The position numbers and the translations under genes are program-made. A stretch of 32,000 bases of DNA from Candidatus Baldrarchaeota archaeon (GTDB lineage: Archaea; Asgardarchaeota; Baldrarchaeia; Baldrarchaeales; DXJG01): assembly GCA_019056805.1 (NCBI GenBank), contig DXJG01000004.1, positions 120,001 to 152,000 of the forward strand, in the 5' to 3' direction. Of the stretch, positions 1-8,226 are shown one piece after another. The stretch's first letter is position 1. Each line of letters starts with the position of its first letter. The notes below the pieces were generated by a model that saw only the letters and a program-made list of their open reading frames with translations, did no database searches and was not told the origin of the DNA.

Positions 1-138
1 TTAAAGTCTAGGGGTAAAACTGTAATTGTAGGCTATGTTCACAAGGAGCATCTTATTCTTGGAGATGGGGTTAAACATCCAGAAGTATATATAGATTTAG
101 AGAAAATTATAAACAAGAATATAGCACGCTATCTTTAA
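1..138 (+). CDS. C-terminal fragment of a CDS entering the window (unknown function; loosely resembles the tail of a NYN/LabA domain)
   Basis: Frame 1 is open from base 1 to TAA at 136-138: LKSRGKTVIVGYVHKEHLILGDGVKHPEVYIDLEKIINKNIARYL*. Not in the ORF track because it has no start codon. Confidence 0.5.
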   Translation, partial: LKSRGKTVIVGYVHKEHLILGDGVKHPEVYIDLEKIINKNIARYL

Positions 139-180
139 CCATCATCTTAAAAATAATAATTTTTGGTCTGAAATCGTGAA

Positions 181-564
181 ATGACCGAACTTTGTGAGGT
201 TAAGATTTTGATGAAAGAGTCAGATTTAACTTTAAGGGAAGCACAAATGCTAGTTAAAAACTTTTTAACAACAATGGGCAAAGAATGGTCGCAAATAGAT
301 AATCACTTTTATCTAATCACTCATTTAATGGAGGAAATTGGCGAGTTAGCAAGACATGTAATAACTATAGAATTCAATCTAAGCTTAAACAGAACAGAAA
401 AGAAAGTTTTACCAAGAGAAAAAGCGTTATCGTTAATAGAAGATGATTTAGGAGATCTCTTGTATCATATCTTTAAAATAGCAATTGCATATAACATTGA
501 CATTACCAAGGCGTTTCAAAAATCAATGAAAAACATCCAAGAAAAATATTCCAAAACAAAATAA
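181..564 (+). CDS. MazG-like nucleoside triphosphate pyrophosphohydrolase (all-alpha NTP-PPase family)
   Basis: HLMEEIGELARHV and DDLGDLLYHIFKIAIAYNID match the EExxE...ExxD MazG-type metal motifs; 127 aa single domain. Confidence 0.85.
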   Translation: MTELCEVKILMKESDLTLREAQMLVKNFLTTMGKEWSQIDNHFYLITHLMEEIGELARHVITIEFNLSLNRTEKKVLPREKALSLIEDDLGDLLYHIFKIAIAYNIDITKAFQKSMKNIQEKYSKTK

Positions 565-699
565 ACATGTAATAAACTTACAGATTTATGCAAACTATGT
601 ATCGGCGTTTCCTTTAAATAATGCCACTAACTTGTTGACTAACCAGTCTAGTTTTCTTCTTACATCTTCTTCCTCAACTTATAGTTAGTTTCATGGAAC

Positions 700-723
700 A
701 TCTTTAAAACTCGCCTTAAAGAT
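700..723. promoter_or_regulatory. Perfect 8-bp inverted repeat (ATCTTTAA-N8-TTAAAGAT) upstream of the toxin-antitoxin pair; candidate operator
   Basis: Arms at 700-707 and 716-723 are read directly. Function is inferred only from the position about 55 bp before the antitoxin start. Confidence 0.3.
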
Positions 724-778
724 ACGGAAGAATATTTATTAATAGAATATTATAGAGATTATATTTGGTGTAATTAAT

Positions 779-1033
779 ATGTCAACTATAGCCATTAGAG
801 AAGAAACAAAAAGAGAATTATTAAAGTTTGTATCAGAACTTCAGATCAAGTTAGGTCGTAGAGTTGATTTTGACGAAGCGATACGATTTTTGTTAATGTA
901 TAAGAGGAAAAAGAACCCTAACCTTTTATTAGAGGCATGTATTCCAAGAGAAGATGTTGAAGAAGCGTTAAAAGAGCTTTATGAGGAGAGAAGAAAGGAT
1001 GAAAGAAAGTATAACAGGTACATTAGCGGTTGA
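779..1033 (+). CDS. vapB: VapB-type antitoxin (ribbon-helix-helix-like N-terminus, charged C-terminus)
   Basis: 84 aa, begins MSTIAIREETKRELL...VDFDEAIRFLL, with an acidic/basic helical tail. It overlaps the 5' end of a PIN-domain gene. Confidence 0.75.
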   Translation: MSTIAIREETKRELLKFVSELQIKLGRRVDFDEAIRFLLMYKRKKNPNLLLEACIPREDVEEALKELYEERRKDERKYNRYISG

Positions 1034-1436
1034 TGCCAGTGTTTTAATAGACCTATTAATGTTATCTATTCGAGGCAAAATTATCCAGAGAGCTCTCTTA
1101 GATGAAATAGTGGATGTGCACACAACAGAAGTGGCAATAATAGAAACAAAATATATATTATGTAGAAGACTGGGATGGAATGAAGCAAATGTCCAAGTAG
1201 AAAAATTATTAGCATCTGGTTACATAAGTGTTGAAAAAACAGAGCCAATAGTTGACTTAGCTGCCAAATATAAATGTGAAAGAAACATATCACTAGCTGA
1301 TTCTTTAATATTAGCTTTAGCGAAGAAACTTGGTTGTAAAGCTTTATTTTCGCATCGAGAAAAAGAATTAATTAACGAAATTCAGAAAAAGAAATTCGAT
1401 GTTGAAATAATTTTCTTAGAGGACTACGAAAAGTAA
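999..1436 (+). CDS. vapC: PIN-domain ribonuclease toxin (VapC family)
   Basis: AVDASVLID (first Asp), TEVAIIETKYILCR (Glu) and SLADSLILALA (Asp) are PIN motifs. Start placed at ATG 999 rather than 981, after a purine-rich RBS; overlaps the antitoxin. Confidence 0.88.
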   Translation: MKESITGTLAVDASVLIDLLMLSIRGKIIQRALLDEIVDVHTTEVAIIETKYILCRRLGWNEANVQVEKLLASGYISVEKTEPIVDLAAKYKCERNISLADSLILALAKKLGCKALFSHREKELINEIQKKKFDVEIIFLEDYEK

Positions 1437-1596
1437 CTTTCCCATAATAAGCAATATTATGAACAAGTGATACTAAACATATTAAGACGTAAAACTTTAC
1501 AAGTTTTTTCGCTTAGCCTCATGTCCTACCATGTTTTGACGTGGAAACTTCCTAGATTGTAGATTTATTTTTAAGCTTCTCATGGCTTATGATAGT

Positions 1597-1603
1597 GAGG
1601 TGA
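1597..1603 (+). promoter_or_regulatory. Shine-Dalgarno motif GAGGTGA
   Basis: GAGGTGA lies 6 nt before ATG 1610. The same motif type precedes several other genes (GAGGTG at 5886-5891; reverse-strand GAGGTG before 11812). Confidence 0.7.
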
Positions 1604-1609
1604 GAGGTT

Positions 1610-2362
1610 ATGGTTTATTGGTATGATTTAAGTTGGGATGAAGTTAAAGAAAAACTTCCAAGTATCAAAGCTGTTATTCTTCCAATTGGCAGTTGTGAAC
1701 AACATTCTCTTCATCTTCCTTTAGGCACAGATACCTATAGTGCAGTTCACTTATCTGAGAAGGTTGCTGAAACCCTAAAAGACAAGGTATATGTTTTACC
1801 TCCAATATGGTACGGCATTTCTCCACATCACATGAATTTCCCCGGAACAATAACTTTGAGCGAGGACACTTTAATCGGACTTGTTTTCGAAATAGCTTAT
1901 AGTTTAAAACAACATGGGATCAAAAAACTCGTTATCATAAATGGTCATGGCGGAAACATACCTGCCTTAACAATAGCTCTTAGAGATATAAGAGACGGAC
2001 TAGGTATGAAGGTCGCATTGATTAATCCATGGCTATTTATCAGCGATGTTACTGAAAAAATATTAGAGTCTAAGATTTGGGGCCATGCAGGTGAATTTGA
2101 AACAAGCACAGCACTCATAGAAATGCCTGGAAAAGTTAGAGTTTCAAAAATCAAGAAACCAGTAATAAAAGAACCTAAGACACCCTACACTGCAATATGG
2201 GAGAAAAATAAAGTAATTACACCTTGGAACACCGATGAATTTACAGATACAGGAGCAATAGGCGACCCGACAAAAGCATCAAAAGAAAAGGGCGAAAAAC
2301 TATTCAATGCAATGCTAGAAAGAACAATAAATTTCGTCAAAAGCTTCATAGAAGAAAAATAA
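1610..2362 (+). CDS. Creatininase / creatinine amidohydrolase family protein (ArfB/MftE-like superfamily)
   Basis: LPIGSCEQHSLHLPLGTD, SPHHMNFPGTITL, NGHGGN and HAGEFETS are the family's conserved metal motifs. Confidence 0.92.
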   Translation: MVYWYDLSWDEVKEKLPSIKAVILPIGSCEQHSLHLPLGTDTYSAVHLSEKVAETLKDKVYVLPPIWYGISPHHMNFPGTITLSEDTLIGLVFEIAYSLKQHGIKKLVIINGHGGNIPALTIALRDIRDGLGMKVALINPWLFISDVTEKILESKIWGHAGEFETSTALIEMPGKVRVSKIKKPVIKEPKTPYTAIWEKNKVITPWNTDEFTDTGAIGDPTKASKEKGEKLFNAMLERTINFVKSFIEEK

Positions 2363-2415
2363 AGAAACGTCGATTTCAATCCCAATGCTAAGATAGAGAG
2401 CGGTTGGATGCTGAA

Positions 2416-3111
2416 ATGCATATGGAAAGAGTAGTTCTAGAGGTTGATAACTTAAAAATTGTAGGTGTGCTTCATAGAATTAAAAAACCGAATGCACCAG
2501 TTGTTGTAACGTGTCATGGAATGCTAAGTACTAAGGATAGTGAGAAATATCTTGAAATTGCAAACGTATTAACTAGCAGTGGAATTAATGTTTTTAGATT
2601 TGACTTCAGAGGATGTGGAGAGAGCGAAGGAAATTTCACAGACTCTACCGTCACTGCTAGACTAAGAGATCTTGAAGCAGTACTACAATACATTCATGAT
2701 ATGTTTGAAGACATAGCTCTTCTAGGTAGTAGCTTGGGAGGAACCCTATCTATACTTGCAGCTTCAAAATTCAAACTTATTAGAGCAGTAGTAACTTGGG
2801 CTGCCCCAATATTCCTAAAGGAAATATTGAAACCATTAAAAGGAGTTATTCCTTATAAGTTCATCAAAGATTTAGAAAACATAGATATTACTGGAGCGGC
2901 GAAAGAAGTTTCTCACATACTAGTAATTCACGGCGACCAAGACGAAATCGTACCTATTAAAAATGCTCATACGTTGTTTAAGCTTGCAAAGGAACCAAAA
3001 GAGCTAAAAATAATAAAAGGGGGAGATCATAGATTTACGGATCCAGAGCTGAGAAAAATAGCATTGAATGAAAGTCTTAGATGGTTTAAACAACACCTAG
3101 TTAATCAATAG
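2416..3111 (+). CDS. Alpha/beta hydrolase (Hydrolase_4 / esterase-peptidase type)
   Basis: CHG oxyanion motif, FDFRGCGESEG, nucleophile elbow GSSLGG, HGDQDEIVP (Asp) and GGDH (His). The start is ATG 2416 or 2422. Confidence 0.9.
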   Translation: MHMERVVLEVDNLKIVGVLHRIKKPNAPVVVTCHGMLSTKDSEKYLEIANVLTSSGINVFRFDFRGCGESEGNFTDSTVTARLRDLEAVLQYIHDMFEDIALLGSSLGGTLSILAASKFKLIRAVVTWAAPIFLKEILKPLKGVIPYKFIKDLENIDITGAAKEVSHILVIHGDQDEIVPIKNAHTLFKLAKEPKELKIIKGGDHRFTDPELRKIALNESLRWFKQHLVNQ

Positions 3112-3122
3112 ACACTTAAACA

Positions 3123-5225
3123 TTACATTTTCCAGTATTCTTTAAGCAGCGTATGCAATTGTTCGACAACTTTTTGCGGATCTGGCAGTCCTATGGCTTC
3201 TGCCAATGAAACATCAAGCTTTACCCGATATTCTTCATCTAATTGATAGGGTAATGGAGGTAATTTTCTTGTAGCAATTTCTTCTATAAACTTGCAAATG
3301 CTTCTCACTTTTTCTTCACTTAGTGTTTTAACATTCGGAATGGGTAGTTTTAAGTAGTCATCCCCAAGAAATCTTGTCCAATGCTCTGAAATTTTTCTTC
3401 CAGCAACTAAAAGAAGAGATATGAAAAACGTGCTATTGAACCAAGCTGTAAGAACCTTACACACCTTATCATCATCAATTTTTACTATGTAAAAGTTCTT
3501 AGAAGCCATAATCGGAACATCAGAGTAATTAGCAAAAACACCACGATTTTTAAACTTAGAATCTACCTTATCTGGTAAAAACACTTTCCCGTAAGGTTTC
3601 TTTGTTTTAATTTGTCTAAAAACATGACTATACCAATATTTTCCAAACCCTTTTACTGCAGACTTTGCTACACCCGAAACTTTTCCCCAATTAAGATATT
3701 CAACAAGGTACGAGGGAAGTTCATCTAACTCAAAAGGGGAAATAACAAGAAAATAGTGTTCAGGGCGCACCAAAATTTTATCAGAGTAAAGAGCAGGTTT
3801 CCTCAAAGTAGCTTCTAAATATTTTCTCTCAATAGAAAACTCTTTGCTCAATTCTTCATTTCTTATAATAACTTTTCCGCAAATATCGTTAACAATTTTC
3901 CAAAATTTGTTAGGAATAAAGAAGAAGTTTGGGCCATATATTTCTACTCCTCTCACAAGGAGTTTTCTTTCGAAAACATTGTTCCATGAGGCAATAGTCC
4001 CCTGCTTCATGCTATGTGAAAAAATTTGGTGAAGTAATTGTTTCAATTCGTTGTTTCTGAAGAAAACAAGCCAATTCATATCCCAAATTCCTGAAACCTT
4101 ATGTAAATTAACATAATTTACAGTACAAGATTTCAAAGTCTCTTCATTTGGAATTCTTCCAAAACACAGTTTTGAAAGACCCTTTATGTTTCTTGTTTTG
4201 TTTAAGCAGATAAATGCTGTTTCATGAAATTTATCTTCTTCTTTTATGCACACGGTTATTAGTTCTTTGAATCCGCTGTCCGTGGAGAATGCTGTTTCAG
4301 AACTAGATTCTATCATTCCAAGTACTTTGTATTTCTCTTTAAGCAATTTCTTTATACTTTCGCCTGAAGTTGTATAGAAGGTGGATGCAGGAAGCACAGA
4401 AACAAGTAATCCATGATCATTAAGGAAATAATCCATGAGGAAAAGAGATATTAATTGCAAGTTTAATTGTCCTCGAATAACATATTTTTTATATCTTAAC
4501 TTCTTTACGAGTTCTTTAAGGAATTTTCTATATTTTTCATCTAAGGTTTCCCATCTGGTGAATGGAGGATTTGTAAGGATAATATCTGCTTTTCTCATCT
4601 CTCGTGTTTTTTCATCATAAGGAGAGTTTGACATTTCTTGCATATATGCTAATTGAAAAAAGTCGCCAACAATGATCCTAATTCTCCTGACGTCTCCTTT
4701 CATAAGGTATAGTAAGGATGCATAGGCTGCTAATGCTGCAAGAGGGTGAGGTTCAACTCCCAAAATCATAGAAAAATGTTTACGCCCTACTTTTTCAATT
4801 GTTTTCGACAAAGTTAGACCTGAACCAAGGAAAAAATCTGCAAGGACTATTTTATCCTTCGGATATTTTTCTAGGAACAGTGCAGTAGATTCAGCCATGA
4901 CATCTAGCCCTATATCCTTTGTATAATACGCTGCCAACCTTTTTCTTTCAAATGGTGTAAAAATTTTTTGAACATCTCTCTGTAAACCATACACATAATT
5001 TTGATCAATAGAAGAATGTTTATCCACATTTCTCCAGAGGAATTCCCTTTCTTTCTCGTTTAATTCAAAAAAATTAACCCCTATCAAACCCTCAAATCTA
5101 TTAACGTTATCTTCTCCAAGAGTTTTTCTAATAACAGCTAATGATGATGTAAGTATCTTAAATGCTTCCTTTGCATCATTTATATGCTTTATTCGAAGTT
5201 TATCTAAGATAGCATTGACATTCAT
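3123..5225 (-). CDS. N6-adenine DNA methyltransferase, Eco57I/type IIG-like MTase plus target-recognition region, no evident nuclease domain
   Basis: Motif X AAYYT, motif I DFFLGSG, motif IV ILTNPPF (gamma order), then LLVSVLPASTFYT and RGVEIYGPNFFFI. ATG 5225 is preceded by GGCGGT; the ORF track starts at TTG 5237. Confidence 0.85.
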   Translation of the reverse strand: MNVNAILDKLRIKHINDAKEAFKILTSSLAVIRKTLGEDNVNRFEGLIGVNFFELNEKEREFLWRNVDKHSSIDQNYVYGLQRDVQKIFTPFERKRLAAYYTKDIGLDVMAESTALFLEKYPKDKIVLADFFLGSGLTLSKTIEKVGRKHFSMILGVEPHPLAALAAYASLLYLMKGDVRRIRIIVGDFFQLAYMQEMSNSPYDEKTREMRKADIILTNPPFTRWETLDEKYRKFLKELVKKLRYKKYVIRGQLNLQLISLFLMDYFLNDHGLLVSVLPASTFYTTSGESIKKLLKEKYKVLGMIESSSETAFSTDSGFKELITVCIKEEDKFHETAFICLNKTRNIKGLSKLCFGRIPNEETLKSCTVNYVNLHKVSGIWDMNWLVFFRNNELKQLLHQIFSHSMKQGTIASWNNVFERKLLVRGVEIYGPNFFFIPNKFWKIVNDICGKVIIRNEELSKEFSIERKYLEATLRKPALYSDKILVRPEHYFLVISPFELDELPSYLVEYLNWGKVSGVAKSAVKGFGKYWYSHVFRQIKTKKPYGKVFLPDKVDSKFKNRGVFANYSDVPIMASKNFYIVKIDDDKVCKVLTAWFNSTFFISLLLVAGRKISEHWTRFLGDDYLKLPIPNVKTLSEEKVRSICKFIEEIATRKLPPLPYQLDEEYRVKLDVSLAEAIGLPDPQKVVEQLHTLLKEYWKM

Positions 5226-5397
5226 CTTGACCGCCAATTTCCATAGAATTTGCTAGTATAACAATGCTTATTATATCTCCATAACATATAATGTGTACTA
5301 TTGAGCATCTTGTTGCTTTATGGAAGGACTACCCTTTCATGCTTTTAATGCTACAAAATGTTAGATGATTTAACTCGATCATGTTGAGGGGTGAAAC

Positions 5398-5877
5398 ATG
5401 CCTTTTACTCCTTTCCATTGGGGACCTGCGTTATTAATAGGTCTTCTTTTCTTCTGCTTTTTTGATCTCTTTTCTCTCTTAATTTCAAGTGTTATTGTTG
5501 ATATTGAACCCTTTTATAATCTGTATAGACCAGGTGTAAGATTACATGGGTTTTTACACACCTATCTTGGGGCAACTTTACTTAGTATACCTCTATCTAT
5601 AATTCTATATCTGGGTAGAGATTACACGAGAAAACTACTAGAAATCTTTAAATTGAAGCAGAAAAGTTCATTTAAGAAAATTTTATTCACAAATATCTTC
5701 GGAACATATTTTCATATTTTTCTAGATTCCTTCCTTTATACAGATATTAGACCATTCTTCCCCCTGCAAACTAACCCCTTACTGTACACGATTTCTTCTT
5801 CAGCAATATACATGTTTTGCACAGTTTGCTTTCCTCTCGCATTATTCACATATCTATACAGAATCTGGAAATTGTGA
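5398..5877 (+). CDS. Membrane-bound putative metal-dependent hydrolase (YdjM/DUF4184-like)
   Basis: MPFTPFH start, DIEP, LHGFLHTYLGA and HIFLDSF...IRPFFP motifs, with several hydrophobic helices. Confidence 0.7.
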   Translation: MPFTPFHWGPALLIGLLFFCFFDLFSLLISSVIVDIEPFYNLYRPGVRLHGFLHTYLGATLLSIPLSIILYLGRDYTRKLLEIFKLKQKSSFKKILFTNIFGTYFHIFLDSFLYTDIRPFFPLQTNPLLYTISSSAIYMFCTVCFPLALFTYLYRIWKL

Positions 5878-5897
5878 ACATCTACGAGGTGAATAAA

Positions 5898-6479
5898 TTG
5901 AAGAAGTTAATTTACATGATAAAAGATCCCGTAAACTTTTTCGAGAATGTTAAAGGTGAAAATTGGAAGCCCGCTCTGACATTTTTTTCCAAAATTACCT
6001 TAATCATATCAATTTTAACTCCCATCGTAAATTTTCTAGGAATTAAGAGCACAGACTACTCTTCATCTTACCAAGCTCAAATTTTAGCTTACAAAATAGT
6101 GAAAGAATATTTAATACCAAAATACGGAGCCCTAGCATATTTAATTGAACCGTTTCTAATCATAGGTCTTGCTTATATGTTATTATTCTCTATGACCATC
6201 TTTTTCCACATTTTATACAGGTTAATGGGTGGTAAAGGAACGATTTTGAGCACGTGGAAAGCTCTCTGCTATGGTATTGGCCCATGTATATTCGGAGGCT
6301 TTTTACCATACATTTCTCTATTCGCTGCTTTCTACTCCCTACTTCTACAACTCTACATAGGCCCCAAAATCTTACATGAAATCGAAGAATCAAAAATGAT
6401 ATTGTTTCTTGCTGCAGTACTTGCATTGACATTTATTGAAATGTTTCTAACAGATACAACTATCAGTTTCTTGAAATAA
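5898..6479 (+). CDS. YIP1-family-like multi-pass membrane protein
   Basis: The (I)KDPVNFFENVKGENWKPAL N-terminus and GGKGTILSTWKALCYG...P are typical of prokaryotic Yip1 proteins; about 5 TM segments. Start re-placed at TTG 5898 after GAGGTG, which removes the overlap with the upstream gene. Confidence 0.65.
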   Translation: MKKLIYMIKDPVNFFENVKGENWKPALTFFSKITLIISILTPIVNFLGIKSTDYSSSYQAQILAYKIVKEYLIPKYGALAYLIEPFLIIGLAYMLLFSMTIFFHILYRLMGGKGTILSTWKALCYGIGPCIFGGFLPYISLFAAFYSLLLQLYIGPKILHEIEESKMILFLAAVLALTFIEMFLTDTTISFLK

Positions 6480-6498
6480 TTCTTTTAGATTTAGGCAA

Positions 6499-6867
6499 CT
6501 ATTTTTTGAAGAAAATTTCCAAGGTTTTGTGCGGTTTTCTTGGCGGCCCATGACTAAGTAACCATTCCTTCACTTTTTCTGGTGTTTTCAGCTCCTTTAA
6601 AATTTTAATGGCTTCATCATACAATTTATCTAGTTTTTCTACAACTTCCTGCGGATAACTTTGGAAGGGTAGTATTGCGTGACGAGCATAATTTAAAGAT
6701 TTAATTGCACGATCAATCGTAATTTTTCCTTGTGCAAAGTGGCTTAAAACATCCTCAACCTTGTAAAAAGCTTCCCTAGGAGATTTACTAAACTGTCTTC
6801 CACCAGTTATCGGAGGAGGATTAGGATTAAACCTCAAATTTTCAACCGTTAACTCAAATCTTCCCAA
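6499..6867 (-). CDS. Hypothetical helical protein with a C-terminal PIP-box-like motif
   Basis: TTG start 5 nt after GAGGAG; 122 aa; no family recognised; ends HKTLEIFFKK. Confidence 0.7.
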   Translation of the reverse strand: MGRFELTVENLRFNPNPPPITGGRQFSKSPREAFYKVEDVLSHFAQGKITIDRAIKSLNYARHAILPFQSYPQEVVEKLDKLYDEAIKILKELKTPEKVKEWLLSHGPPRKPHKTLEIFFKK

Positions 6868-7070
6868 ATTGCTCCTCGACGGTGACTTAAGATCTATTTT
6901 ACATTCCCTCCCACGTATTATAATTTAACTTTAAGTCTCAGTTGCACTTGAGTATCTTATTTATTCAGCAAATTCTAGGAAAACTTCATACTATTTAAGA
7001 TTTAAAAGCTAATAAACTTCACAAACTTTTTGAAGTCATAAATTATATAACCGTTTAACATCGACTTTAA

Positions 7071-8021
7071 CTACTCCACTTCAAGCGATGATCCGCATTT
7101 GGGACAGAATCTTACATCGGGCGGTATTTGTGCTCTACAATAAGGACAGAATTTATAGGTAACTATTGTAGGTTTTTCAACTTCATTTTCCTCTCGAGTT
7201 TCGATGCGCGGTATTGATGGTTGTGGAACAGTGACTGGTACTATTTGTATCCTTGCGATTGGCAACTTTTTTTCTAATAGTAGATATTGATAAATTCTCT
7301 TCACGTACTTATAGTGGAAAAATTTTACGTATATGACTGTTGTTATATAAATGGGGGCGGATGCTATTGCCAAGGTCAATATAGGGAATAATAAGGCAAC
7401 ACCAGCTCCAAAACTCGTATATAACACAGATATTAAGCCTAATAAGGCACTTATACCAGCAATACTTCGAAGATAGAGTAAAACATGTTCGCCAACACGC
7501 ATCACTTTGTTAGTCTTCCTATCATATTCAATCCACTTACTGTCGAGAAGAGCCCATAAAAATGTAATCGGACAAACGTAAACGGGAGAAAAAAACGCTG
7601 AAAGAGACAAATTTATTAGCTGATCCCAACTTTGAATGTTCTGGAACTTAAGAACATATTGTAAAATCCCGAACATAAGAAGTACTGGTAAAAACGATTT
7701 ATTTATACCTTCGTCTAATAAAGCCTCTTTCCATCCGACTTTTTCGGGAATTCTCCCTTCCGCTAAAAAGGTTCCACTTTCAGCTTCAACATGTTCCCTT
7801 GACTTTGGAACAATAATTCGTAATAGTTTAAACCATACTTTAAATACTCTTCTGGACGACGCAAAAGATCCTGCTAGTACCCAAACCAAAATCCCTAAGC
7901 TTGTGGCAATAAATAAATACAATCTTAATGATGTATAAATATAGACGAAGATTACAACAACGAGAAGAAGAGCCCATAAAACCTTCAGTAATTTCATTAT
8001 ACCCAAAATCATCAACTCCAT
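7071..8021 (-). CDS. Multi-pass membrane protein with a C-terminal zinc ribbon
   Basis: About 6-7 hydrophobic segments, a Pro/Glu-rich linker and terminal CPYCRAQIPPDVRFCPKCG (two CxxC). Confidence 0.8.
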   Translation of the reverse strand: MELMILGIMKLLKVLWALLLVVVIFVYIYTSLRLYLFIATSLGILVWVLAGSFASSRRVFKVWFKLLRIIVPKSREHVEAESGTFLAEGRIPEKVGWKEALLDEGINKSFLPVLLMFGILQYVLKFQNIQSWDQLINLSLSAFFSPVYVCPITFLWALLDSKWIEYDRKTNKVMRVGEHVLLYLRSIAGISALLGLISVLYTSFGAGVALLFPILTLAIASAPIYITTVIYVKFFHYKYVKRIYQYLLLEKKLPIARIQIVPVTVPQPSIPRIETREENEVEKPTIVTYKFCPYCRAQIPPDVRFCPKCGSSLEVE

Positions 8022-8226
8022 TTAATATAACTAAAGTTTTTTATTGATATTTTATATAAAATTTTTTAGCTTAGAAGGTACTCAAAGCACGTTTATTGTT
8101 ATTTTTTGAGTCATAATGTTACCATAAACGAATCTAACAGAATTTCTTAAATATTTTAATTTTAAACGATAGTTTTAATAACTAGAATATATACTAATAT
8201 TTTCAGTTTTTAAGGTAGGTTTTAGA

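Noticed and set aside
598-680. Reverse-strand peptide VEEEDVRRKLDWLVNKLVALFKGNADT* between the MazG-like gene and vapB
   Set aside because: Protein-like, but has an in-frame stop directly upstream, no start or RBS and no recognisable family. It could be a remnant, but I cannot support that.
7636-7938. 100-aa plus-strand ORF
   Set aside because: Entirely antisense to the zinc-ribbon membrane protein gene; no recognisable features.
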